Source: an uncultured cyanobacterium
GTDB lineage: Bacteria > Cyanobacteriota > Cyanobacteriia > Leptolyngbyales > Leptolyngbyaceae
Reading direction: 5' to 3'
DNA: 64,000 nt
Assembly (NCBI GenBank): GCA_963766075.1
Contig: CAVYAN010000053.1
Location: forward strand, 1 to 64,000
Below the pieces are notes generated by a model. That model was not told the origin of the DNA. It saw only the letters and a list, made by a program, of their open reading frames with translations, and did not search any database. Positions within the stretch are counted from its first letter, which is position 1. The number at the start of each line of letters is the position of its first letter. Of this stretch, positions 54,967 to 63,925 are shown piece after piece. The position numbers and the translations under genes were made by a program.

Positions 54967-57071
54967 TAGGACAGAACCTCGACAGCGTTGATCCGTGCAA
55001 CCCATCGGATAGTTTTGGACGCCTCACCCGTGACCGCGATATTGAGCGCTCCGTTTGATGTGTCGGCACTGACCGTGACGGTCCAGGGTAAGCCGTTGGT
55101 CTGGTTTTCGGCTATCTCACCGGGAACCAGGGTTGTGGAGGCGGCATTAGCAACCCGGTAGATCTTACCCCGCCGCCAGAATGTTGCCTGCTCTGCGACG
55201 TTGGTTGTGGAGTGGGCAGAAATGCAGATGTCGTAAGCGAGGCTGGAGTTATTGTTCAGCAAAATCCGCACACCGGATCCATCCAAAAACAAGGTTGTGG
55301 CAGTCGCGTTTGTTGTGATGTTTCGGGCCATCAAGATTGCCGCTTGGGCATCTCCCGTACTGGAAAATCGCCCCGCCGAAAACGCTTGTTGTCCATACCG
55401 CCAAGCACTCGCCCGTTGCCCCCCCGGTATGGCCGAAAAATCCCCGCCAGCGCTATTTTGATAACCTCCAGACACCGAGGCAAAATTACCAGTACTGTTG
55501 CTATCTCCTCCACCTACGAATGAATTACCGCCGTTTGCCGAATTGCTGATTCCGCCACAAACGATAGCGAACCCACCAGTAGTTCGGTTGCTGGCACCAC
55601 CACAAATCACGCTATTTGCGCCAGAAGCCACATGCACCGCTGAATCTCGGGAAGTTTGCAGATCAATCGCACCAGCACCACGGGCGTTTCCTACCACCGA
55701 ACCGCGCCCGACACCGACAGATTGAATTTCCCCCGTGGCGGCGATTGACAAACCAGGGTTGAAAATCGCTCCTCCAATCCCGACTCCCCCGCCTACTACA
55801 AGTGCTCCTGTAGCGCTTGATGTTGCAGCCGTGCTACTCGTAAAAACACCCGTAATTCCGCGCACCGCTGCTGCTGTTGTCGCACCAATCGGAGTCCCAT
55901 CAATCGCGCCTCCGGTAACCGCGATACTGTTGGCATTCTGGGTGCTCAGGGTACCCAGTCCGGTAATCGTGGTATTCGGTTGGGTGCCGGTATGGGTACT
56001 GCGATCGCGTAACTGAGCATCCGTACTATTGGCAGTGGCCCCGGTTGCAATCCCTGCCAGTTTTGTGAAATCGGCGCTGCTCATGAACCCAGCCACGGAG
56101 CCAGATGCATTGCTGTGTCCGTGGCCAGATGCAGCGAACCCCGCCAAGGCGGTATCCAGTCCCGTGATTGTTGATGTAGGTTGCTCGCCGGTATGGGTGC
56201 TGCGATCGCGTAACTGAGCATCCGTACTATTGGCAGTGGCCCCGGTTGCAATCCCTGCCAGTTTTGTGAAATCGGCGCTGCTCATGAACCCAGCCACGGA
56301 GCCAGATGCATTGCTGTGTCCGTGGCCAGATGCAGCGAACCCCGCCAAGGCGGTATCCAGTCCCGTGATTGTTGATGTAGGTTGCTCGCCGGTATGGGTG
56401 CTGCGATCGCGTAACTGAGCATCCGTACTATTGGCAGTGGCCCCGGTTGCAATCCCTGCCAGTTTTGTGAAATCGGCGCTGCTCATGAACCCAGCCACGG
56501 AGCCAGATGCATTGCTGTGTCCGTGGCCAGATGCAGCGAACCCCGCCAAGGCGGTATCCAGTCCCGTGATTGTTGATGTAGGTTGCTCGCCGGTATGGGT
56601 GCTGCGATCGCGTAACTGAGCATCCGTACTATTGGCAGTGGCCCCGGTTGCAATCCCTGCCAGTTTTGTGAAATCGGCGCTGCTCATGAACCCAGCCACG
56701 GAGCCAGAAGCATTGCTGTGTCCGTGGCCAGATGCAGCGAACCCTGAAAGCACGGCATCCTGAGTACTGCCGTCAGCCCAAGTAAAGGCCAACGTATCCA
56801 CATCAAAATCAACGCTACACGGGCGAGATTGAGCTGCAGGTATCAACCCACTAGAATCTAGGGTTGCAACACCGTTGGGTGCCCCTAGCTGTGTTAGTGG
56901 CACCGAATTAAAAGAGAAGAGGTATCGGGCCTCAGCTACGCTAATCTTCTTGGTTCGGTCTGCCCCCTCGGCGGATGGATCCCAAATCGGTAGCGAATCC
57001 GTATCAGCAACGCCTTCCGCCGTAATCGTGGGGAACTGCCCAATGTTGCGAACGATGTAATCTTCTGGCAT
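54966..57071 (-). CDS. fibre protein with 67-aa tandem repeats
   Basis: GVATLDSSG; repeated HGHSNA...GFMSSADFTKLAGIA...RSTHTG; Gly-rich GG.SN repeats. Confidence 0.85.
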   Translation of the reverse strand: MPEDYIVRNIGQFPTITAEGVADTDSLPIWDPSAEGADRTKKISVAEARYLFSFNSVPLTQLGAPNGVATLDSSGLIPAAQSRPCSVDFDVDTLAFTWADGSTQDAVLSGFAASGHGHSNASGSVAGFMSSADFTKLAGIATGATANSTDAQLRDRSTHTGEQPTSTITGLDTALAGFAASGHGHSNASGSVAGFMSSADFTKLAGIATGATANSTDAQLRDRSTHTGEQPTSTITGLDTALAGFAASGHGHSNASGSVAGFMSSADFTKLAGIATGATANSTDAQLRDRSTHTGEQPTSTITGLDTALAGFAASGHGHSNASGSVAGFMSSADFTKLAGIATGATANSTDAQLRDRSTHTGTQPNTTITGLGTLSTQNANSIAVTGGAIDGTPIGATTAAAVRGITGVFTSSTAATSSATGALVVGGGVGIGGAIFNPGLSIAATGEIQSVGVGRGSVVGNARGAGAIDLQTSRDSAVHVASGANSVICGGASNRTTGGFAIVCGGISNSANGGNSFVGGGDSNSTGNFASVSGGYQNSAGGDFSAIPGGQRASAWRYGQQAFSAGRFSSTGDAQAAILMARNITTNATATTLFLDGSGVRILLNNNSSLAYDICISAHSTTNVAEQATFWRRGKIYRVANAASTTLVPGEIAENQTNGLPWTVTVSADTSNGALNIAVTGEASKTIRWVARINAVEVLS
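55986..56743. repeat. 201-bp near-perfect tandem repeat, ~3.8 copies
   Basis: HIP1 in each unit at 56001, 56202, 56403, 56604; identical antisense ORFs spaced 201 bp. Confidence 0.97.
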
Positions 57072-57181
57072 TGCCTTATGGGTTTGGTGATTTTCCTAAA
57101 TAGTAATTGATCTCGGTTAACCCGCCGCTTTGGTCAGGTTTCTCGCTGAAATGGTACATTTCAAAGAAAAGGGGAAAATTC

Positions 57182-58465
57182 ATGCCCACTGCAACAGGCA
57201 GAAACACCCGCGCCGAAAATATCTGGCGGGCTATCACAAACTTTTTTACGCGATCGGCCCCGGCTCCAACTGGGCAGACGGCCCCCCTTGCCCAGCAGTA
57301 TGGTGGTAGCTTTTCAAGTCAGTCCGCCCTGAGTCGCCGCTACGATCAAGAGTATGTTGAGTTGCCCATACGCGACTTTGTAAGAGCGCGCCAATTAATT
57401 GAGCTGCGGAAAAGGCCGGAGGTGGCCACCGCTCTAGATATTTTGGTGGGCGATTTGTTCTCCTCTGAGGATGGGGACGATTACGGTTTCACAATTGGGG
57501 AAACCCTGATAGATGGATCACCTGTTGATCCATCGATTCGGGCGATCTGCATGAAGGCGATCGAGCGATTGTTGACGGGAGGCAAGATCACCACGATCGC
57601 CGAAGAATTCTTAGCCTACGGAGACTCCTTCAGATCCCTTGTGGTGGATCCCAGCTACACACAGATTCAAAAGTTAAAACAGTTGCCAACCTGGGAAATG
57701 TTTCGAGTTGAGGACCAAGACGGCAATATTCTTAGATTTGAACAGCGCCGCCGACTCACGGAGGAAACCGCAGAGTTCACAATTCATCCCATGCTCTGTG
57801 TTCACTGGCGATTCCGCCCGCTCTACAAGTACGGGCGATCGCTATTCGATGAATCGTTAGAAGATTCTGCGGCTCTGGAGCAAGGTTATTTTGCAGTAGA
57901 AAAAGCTGCCATGGCGATCGGGGTGAATCCCAATGTGCATGTCATGCCCCCAGGATGGACAAAACCGCAGGCAGACGCCTATAAACAGTCCTACGAAGCA
58001 GAGCGCGATCGCAATGGGCGCGTGATGACCGACTTTTTCATGCTATCGGGCGGGGAAGTTAAAAAACTTAGCCAAACCTGGAACCCCGACCTTAAAGCTC
58101 TTACCAACAACGTGGATCAGCGCCGTGCCCGAATTGCCATGAGATCCAGAATTCCACCTTGGATGATTGGACTGGCCACCATTGGAGCACGGGAGATCAG
58201 CGGGCAACCTGCTATGGCCTACGCCCGCTTCTTGGGGGCCGTGCGAATGACCCTAGCCGAAGGCATCCGCCAGATCCTAGATACAGAACTAGCGATGAAC
58301 GGTTACTCAAAGGATCAGATGAACTATCGAATCCTATTCCCCAAGATCTATACCAATACCCAAGCCCAATCGAATTCCCAGACCGATGAACCCATTCCGG
58401 ACGCCCCGCCCGATGGCATCACCTGGGACCGCGATCGCTTTTCCACCCTTGCCCACTTTCAGTAA
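57182..58465 (+). CDS. portal protein (inverted relative to other virion genes)
   Basis: PEVATALD...FLAYGDSF...LPTWEMFRVED...VHWRF...YGRSLF...RIPPW. Confidence 0.85.
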   Translation: MPTATGRNTRAENIWRAITNFFTRSAPAPTGQTAPLAQQYGGSFSSQSALSRRYDQEYVELPIRDFVRARQLIELRKRPEVATALDILVGDLFSSEDGDDYGFTIGETLIDGSPVDPSIRAICMKAIERLLTGGKITTIAEEFLAYGDSFRSLVVDPSYTQIQKLKQLPTWEMFRVEDQDGNILRFEQRRRLTEETAEFTIHPMLCVHWRFRPLYKYGRSLFDESLEDSAALEQGYFAVEKAAMAIGVNPNVHVMPPGWTKPQADAYKQSYEAERDRNGRVMTDFFMLSGGEVKKLSQTWNPDLKALTNNVDQRRARIAMRSRIPPWMIGLATIGAREISGQPAMAYARFLGAVRMTLAEGIRQILDTELAMNGYSKDQMNYRILFPKIYTNTQAQSNSQTDEPIPDAPPDGITWDRDRFSTLAHFQ

Positions 58466-58470
58466 CACAA

Positions 58471-58671
58471 ATGGACATAGCCCCCCTGCATCAACCCCTT
58501 ACCCCATGGCAAGACGCTCCTATTGTCATCCCAGAGAATCAGCAGCCGATGCCCACCGCCGAATTGCTGCAACTGTCTGCCGTTACGGAAGCAGATGCAG
58601 ACAGGGCCGTTCAATCATGGCGCGACAAATCCGCAAAGATGCCCGAAATCCTTGACGCAGAACCGACCTAG
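58471..58671 (+). CDS. small acidic protein after portal
   Basis: VTEADADRAVQSW...ILDAE. Confidence 0.6.
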   Translation: MDIAPLHQPLTPWQDAPIVIPENQQPMPTAELLQLSAVTEADADRAVQSWRDKSAKMPEILDAEPT

Positions 58672-58690
58672 CCGCTTAAAGCAAGTCCAG

Positions 58691-58726
58691 CAAAAACCCG
58701 TATGGCGGACACCATACGGGTTTTTT
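58691..58726. terminator. bidirectional intrinsic terminator
   Basis: AAAAACCCGTATGG-cggaca-CCATACGGGTTTTTT. Confidence 0.85.
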
Positions 58727-58847
58727 GATTTGGGTGGATTTACTGGTGTAGAACCAAAAACCCGTAGCTATATTGGATACATAGAGCAAAGGACACACAC
58801 AACCTGAGCTAAACACTTAACTTACAACTTACTTGGAGCCTAAGACC

Positions 58848-59045
58848 ATGAAATTCAACATTATCACCAACATTACATCTGTTTCCCTAGTTGCCCTAAT
58901 CACAGGAACTCAAGTCGCCGCGATCGCTAAGGCAGTTGAAGTTTCTTATCGAGAGTATCCGTGCTATGTGAACGGGGAAAAGCGAACATGCTGGACCCGT
59001 ACTTATTCGGATGGCTCTAGTTTTAGCGGGGTTGTACCGAAGTAA
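58848..59045 (+). CDS. small secreted peptide with two Cys
   Basis: GGAG RBS; signal-like N-terminus ending AKA; mature part VEVSYREYPCYVNGEKRTCWTRTYSDGSSFSGVVPK. Confidence 0.65.
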   Translation: MKFNIITNITSVSLVALITGTQVAAIAKAVEVSYREYPCYVNGEKRTCWTRTYSDGSSFSGVVPK

Positions 59046-59123
59046 CTGATTAGCGCCCAGTAAAAAGCGCTCTGGCTGGAATCCAGGGCGCTCAAATGCA
59101 AACCTACAAACGAGATCATACCG

Positions 59124-59363
59124 ATGATAGAACAACTTTGGAAGATTAAACGCGGCGCTATCTCTTGGAAGCCCCAGCAACTTCAAACAGCGGACCTAGC
59201 TTGTTTCGGTAATGCAGCCATAGGGGTTGCTCAACTGGTTTTTAAGAGGGCGGAAGACGCTCAAGATTTCTGCGATCGCCTAAACGCTTACCAAGCAGTT
59301 AACGGACCCATCGCGGCTCAACAGTTCCTACAAATCAGCGCTGGTCAGGAGGTTGCAGCATGA
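59124..59363 (+). CDS. hypothetical protein
   Basis: 79 aa; ATGA-coupled to the GGDEF gene. Confidence 0.65.
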   Translation: MIEQLWKIKRGAISWKPQQLQTADLACFGNAAIGVAQLVFKRAEDAQDFCDRLNAYQAVNGPIAAQQFLQISAGQEVAA

Positions 59364-59818
59364 TTTTTATCATCACAACAATTGCGGCCCTAGCCGTTGC
59401 CTATCACTACTGGCAGTTGTCGCAAAACCTCATGAAGTGCCCAATCTTTGGGTGCCTGACGCGGCAAGGGATCGAACGGCGGCGGCGGCAAGTTGGGAAC
59501 GCCCTTGTGTTCGCCGACATCGATAAGATGAAGGAGGCGAACGCCATGTGGGGATACGAGGAAACCAATCGGCGCATCTCGGCGGCGATCGCTAACCTGC
59601 GCGACGATCTAGTTATGGGGCGATGGTTCTCGGGAGATGAATTTGTCATCTCCTGCAATAGCCAAGATGGGGATGCACTATGCGATCGCATTCGGGGTGT
59701 GTTTGCCGCCGAAGGCTTGTCGATAACCTGTGCATGGGGGCTATCGACTGCGGCACCGCTGCAAGAGCAAGTCGATGCCCTTTCCAAGATCGTTGCAGAG
59801 GCTAAGGCTCAACGGTGA
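59360..59818 (+). CDS. membrane-anchored GGDEF-domain protein (SGDEF)
   Basis: GGAGG RBS; N-terminal TM; FGCLTR, FADIDKMKEAN..WGY, GRWFSGDEFVI, ITCAWG. Confidence 0.85.
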   Translation: MIFIITTIAALAVAYHYWQLSQNLMKCPIFGCLTRQGIERRRRQVGNALVFADIDKMKEANAMWGYEETNRRISAAIANLRDDLVMGRWFSGDEFVISCNSQDGDALCDRIRGVFAAEGLSITCAWGLSTAAPLQEQVDALSKIVAEAKAQR

Positions 59819-59831
59819 TAGCCATACAAAC

Positions 59832-59862
59832 GAAAACCGCCAGGTCCGGACTGGCGGTTTTC
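59832..59862. terminator. intrinsic terminator
   Basis: GAAAACCGCCAG-gtccgga-CTGGCGGTTTTC. Confidence 0.8.
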
Positions 59863-60020
59863 TTGTGCCCTGTTTTAAGTAAATGCTGTCGTGGTGACTG
59901 GGAAACCCGATCGCGTCAACCAAGAAAGCGATCGGGTGTTAGTCACTGAAGCCCAAAACATCTCAAACCAACGAAATCAATGTAGCACATAGAAATTATC
60001 TGGGGAAGTCCTCAGATAAT

Positions 60021-60683
60021 TTATTTTGAGATCAGCTTGATCAGCCCTGGGCCAACGAATACCACAAGTGCGAACCCAATCATAGCCAGTACTGCCCAAA
60101 TCGCCGCCCGCTCATTGTGGGCAAAAACATCGGCGATCGCCTTAAATCCTTGAACCCAGGGCGAGATCTGAGAGGAACTAGCGCTACTGCTAACTGCTGA
60201 CTGAGTTGCTGACTGAGTTGGTGACTGGCTTGGTGCCGTCTGGGTTGGTTCCAGGTTTGGAATATTGGTCTTTGGATCTGTGCCCAGTCGCCAGATCTGG
60301 GAATCCCAGACCTGAGGAATCATAGAAACGGTTTCACAGGCTGCGTTCTCGTGAAAGATGAAAAATCCGGATAGATTAGCCCCAGAGATCTGAACTCGGA
60401 TCATCGTGTTCCCGTCGATCGTTAGCGGTTTCCCCAAGGGTACAGGCTGCCACTGATCATCCTGATAAACCTCGCAGGTGATCCAATCCCGCTCAGTTAA
60501 TCGATTGATTAACCAGTGGGCTTTTCCGCCTTTACTGATTTGATAAATTTCTAGGCACTGCTGAGGAAACCAAGCTGGCTTACTTTTGATATTGCTGCGG
60601 CCTAACAATATATATCCTTCATCATCCGAATTGATACAGCCTTGCTGATAGGTTTCTATCAGCAGTAGTAAGCACGATTTCAT
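60021..60683 (-). CDS. membrane protein with possible FHA-like N-domain
   Basis: ILLGRS motif, beta-rich domain, Ser/Thr/Gln linker, C-terminal TM; GGAGG RBS. Confidence 0.6.
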   Translation of the reverse strand: MKSCLLLLIETYQQGCINSDDEGYILLGRSNIKSKPAWFPQQCLEIYQISKGGKAHWLINRLTERDWITCEVYQDDQWQPVPLGKPLTIDGNTMIRVQISGANLSGFFIFHENAACETVSMIPQVWDSQIWRLGTDPKTNIPNLEPTQTAPSQSPTQSATQSAVSSSASSSQISPWVQGFKAIADVFAHNERAAIWAVLAMIGFALVVFVGPGLIKLISK

Positions 60684-60715
60684 CTATCCTCCAGGATGCC
60701 CTAGGGCGTAAGCGG

Positions 60716-62160
60716 TTAATTTTTTGTAGAGCTACCCGAACCAAATCCGAACCAAGCTGTGTTACCCGGAGGAATTGAAGCATAGATAATCGCCTCTGCT
60801 TCGTCAGGGCTATAGCCCAATCGTTCCTTGATGCTGTCTTTTGAGTCTACAGCGATTTTCCATGAGGACAAGTGCCAGCGCATCGCTAATAATCCTGATC
60901 TCATTCGGGTATTATTCGGCAGTGCAACTCTAGAACCGCTGTCCGGATCCAGCATTTCCCGAAACTTCCACGCCCATTCTGCCCGCTTGTTTGCAAAGCC
61001 CATTTTCCCGGACTTATCGCGGGCATCGGACCCCTCTGCCCCGCTTAACGCTTCGCACTGCAAGCCCATTTGATGCATTGTGTCTACTGGGCTGCTGCCA
61101 ATCCCGATAACATCAATTCCAACCCACGGATCGCCCTTCATGTGCTCTATCAGGAATTGCACGAACAGGGGGCCGGACTGGATCTCTACCCCTGGCTTGG
61201 TGTGCAGATTAAACCATTGATCCCATCGCTCGGCAACACTGGAATTGTCCACCCCGCCCCGCGACGGGTCACCGCCAATACCCTCCTGCTGGGTGTTAGG
61301 CGGTGGATTTTCTGTCCATCGGGCGATCGCAGCATCCACCCACTTGGTAGGGAAGATTTGCCAGGAATCATCGTCGCTACCCGCAGAGAAGTCCCCGAAC
61401 AATAGTTGCGACCTAAGGGGTTCCGGCAGGGATTGCAGAATGGCTTTATAACCCGTTCGCACATAGTACGGATTGTCATCAACTAGCGCGGGGATAAAGG
61501 TCCGCGATCGCGGTGTGAGCAATTCCCCCTCATGCTCTACAAGATCGGGACGCTGATCACCGCGCCCGACTTCGCGGGTTTTACCGGAGATCTCAACATA
61601 CCAAACCAATTCACCAGGCTTAGCCGGGTTGGGATGCTGAGGATCTAACCATGGTCCCCAGTAGGTTCGCACCCATTGCCCCTGATAGCTTGCAGGAGGG
61701 TTGCCCGTGCAGACAATGCGAACCCGCTGCCCGACGACTTCTGTACGGTTCCAGCCTGCCAGGGTGCGATACTGCGATTCGCTGAAGTGGCAGATCTCAT
61801 CGAATGCCCGTAGGTCATGGGCACGGCCCTGATACTTGGAAACATCCTTCTCATGTTGGACGGCTCCCGCCTCTACTGTGCGCCCATCTTTCAGCCGCCA
61901 AATATGATCCTGGCCATTGAATCGACCAATGGTCGGGGTGACCAGCTCTCCCGCTTTTTCAATGATTTCCCGGAGTTGAGGATACTCACGCCGAAAAATG
62001 ATCGATCGCCTGTGAGCAGTGAACGCCAGCCCGATTAAAAGGTAGCTTTTGCCGCCGCCAGCCCCACCGCCGAAGAAAAGCTCATCCGCCTGACTTTCAA
62101 AAGCCCGCTCCTGCGGACTGTCCGGAATCACCTTCCAGGGAAATGGGATGATGACAGACC
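60716..62160 (-). CDS. terL: terminase large subunit (5' end probably cut by junction)
   Basis: GGGAGGGKS Walker A, AFDE Walker B, TGNP, DPSRGGVD, IDVIGIG, NKRAE, SPDEAEA. Confidence 0.95.
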
Positions 62161-62398
62161 GCGCCACTACGCCGCACGCCCGCCACTACCAGAACGAACA
62201 AGACCCATTCAAAGAAAAGGGTGACTACATAAAAGCGGACGCGGTTGGGATTAGCCGCCGCGCTCAGTTGATCTGCAAAGCTCTTGTGCCAGATCGCCCA
62301 GCCGCCCAACGCGGCGAGCACCAAAATCGTGTGGATTGAGCTAGCAAATTGGGGGAATAGCGGTCGGATGCGGACTGAGCAAGGGCAGGAGCCTCCAT
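62160..62398 (-). pseudogene. 5' fragment of CPBP-like membrane protein, frameshifted and truncated
   Basis: MEAPALAQS... shifts frame near 62345 into SIHTILVLAALGGW...YVVTLFFEWVLFVLVVAGVRRSGA, then runs into terminase DNA. Confidence 0.55.
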
Positions 62399-63120
62399 GA
62401 TTACCTCGTCCAGCCAGACTCCCGCCTTCGAGCGCTTTATCAGCTCTTGGATGCCGCGATTCGGCGATAGGAGTCCCACGGTAGCACTGGGCCTGTCGGT
62501 CGTCTGAGCAAGAGTGCTCACATTCAAAAACCATATGCAAACAAGACCACGTTTGGGCCGTGTCGTCCAAATAGCTGTTGTAACATCCCCATTTCACTCA
62601 TTGACTCACGCGCAGCGCTTTCGATGGTTTCTTCATCTTCGCACATAGCGACCGCGGGCGGGCGGGCGGGGGGTAGCCGAATTTCCCCCGAAAGGTACTA
62701 CCCCGTCACGGGGGTTCTTGTATGGCGACGGCGGAAGTGCCCCCTGCCGTTTTGGGGTCTGGCGGGCCTGGACTGTGGGACAGGGGCGCGGGGCGGATCG
62801 ACAAAACGAAAACATCAATGCAGGAAACAGGGCTAGGCAACAGGTCGGCTCCGGTGCGGATCGCCACTGGATAAGCCCTTCGGCAGAACTGAAGCATGCT
62901 TTTCACTGCTAGTGTGGGCGGCGCAAACGAAGTCCTCATCTCCGTGTTCGTTGACTTCTAGATAGTCGGCGATGTCTTCGCAGTTCGAGCGATTGCAAAG
63001 AATCAGTCGATCCCGTGGATGGTCTAGGCGAAAGTATTCCGTGAAATCCTCCAGCGATGGTGAGTCCGTGAAAATTGGACAGGCAAAGTGTGAGGCCCTG
63101 ATCGGATGCCAAGCTTCGAT

Positions 63121-63339
63121 TCAAATGAAAGCTGGCCGTACCTGTACGGACACTAACTCTGGAATGCGCCGGGAGTTTTGGATAGATTTGACGGCGTCTT
63201 CGGCCGTGAATTTTCCCATCACCAGTGCCAGCTTACGGTTGAGGGTCATTTGGATGGGACTCCGATCAATCCGCTGCACGTATTCAGGTGCGCGAGTACC
63301 GCCGCGGTTCACTCTTACAACGAATTTGATGTTTATCAT
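63121..63339 (-). CDS. hypothetical protein
   Basis: MINIKFVVRVNRGGTRAPEYVQRIDR..., downstream of Hsp20. Confidence 0.6.
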   Translation of the reverse strand: MINIKFVVRVNRGGTRAPEYVQRIDRSPIQMTLNRKLALVMGKFTAEDAVKSIQNSRRIPELVSVQVRPAFI

Positions 63340-63424
63340 GATTTTTCCTGCTCGCTCGGGGGTGAGAAACAAAATGGGAGCCGACAGTCAGCCGTCTCCC
63401 ATTTCTCTCACTAGTCTACTGGTT

Positions 63425-63925
63425 TTACGCGGCCTTGCCATGAACCTTGGCTTCAAGGGTCTTCTCACTGCCAACATTCACCTTGATCTGCTTGGGCTTG
63501 GCTTCCGCCTTCTTGGCAAGGTTAATCTTCAGCACGCCCTTGTCATAGTGGGCGCTCACTTGCCCCGGATCTACCGAACTGGGCAGCGTGAACGACCGGG
63601 TGAACTCTCCGTACTGCCGCTCGACACGACGGAAGTTCTCCTCTTTCTCTTCCTTCTCGATCTTCCGCTCGCCATGCACGGTGAGCATATTGTTCACGAT
63701 TTGGACATCGATGTCTTTTTCGTCGATGCCCGGGACTTCCATCTTCAGAGTAATGTTGTGCTCGTCTTCGTAGATATCCACCGGCGGCGCATAGTTGGTG
63801 GTGGTTAACGCCTCTTCCGGGCCTTCGGGGCTATACGATTCACGGAAAATACGGTTCAGGCGGTTCATGCGGTCTTGCTGGGTGGAAAACTCACGGAAAG
63901 GTTCCCAACGGGTCAATAGGGTCAT
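63425..63925 (-). CDS. Hsp20/alpha-crystallin small heat shock protein
   Basis: PPVDIYED, VPGIDEKDI, ERQYGEFTRSFTLP, AHYDKGVL; AGGAGG RBS. Confidence 0.97.
   Translation of the reverse strand: MTLLTRWEPFREFSTQQDRMNRLNRIFRESYSPEGPEEALTTTNYAPPVDIYEDEHNITLKMEVPGIDEKDIDVQIVNNMLTVHGERKIEKEEKEENFRRVERQYGEFTRSFTLPSSVDPGQVSAHYDKGVLKINLAKKAEAKPKQIKVNVGSEKTLEAKVHGKAA

Larger units (their letters stand above)
1..62160. mobile_element. Tailed phage/prophage genome segment (siphovirus-like), probable cyanobacterial host
   Basis: TerL, portal, protease, capsid, tail tube, tape measure, lambda-like K/I/J tail tip, endolysin and DnaB/initiator are present; dense HIP1 GCGATCGC sites throughout. Confidence 0.95.

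Noticed and set aside
55986..56743. 201-bp repeats as CRISPR array or DGR template/variable repeats
   Set aside because: Contiguous in-frame coding repeats without spacers or adenine-specific mismatches; no cas or reverse transcriptase gene seen
62650..62800. GC-rich stretch with short hairpins as possible ncRNA
   Set aside because: No recognisable RNA family motif; single copy in the foreign segment
62972..63808. 278-aa + strand ORF
   Set aside because: Antisense shadow of Hsp20 and its neighbour; no recognisable motifs
63425..63925. Hsp20 as phage auxiliary gene
   Set aside because: Lies beyond the suspected chimeric junction in HIP1-free DNA
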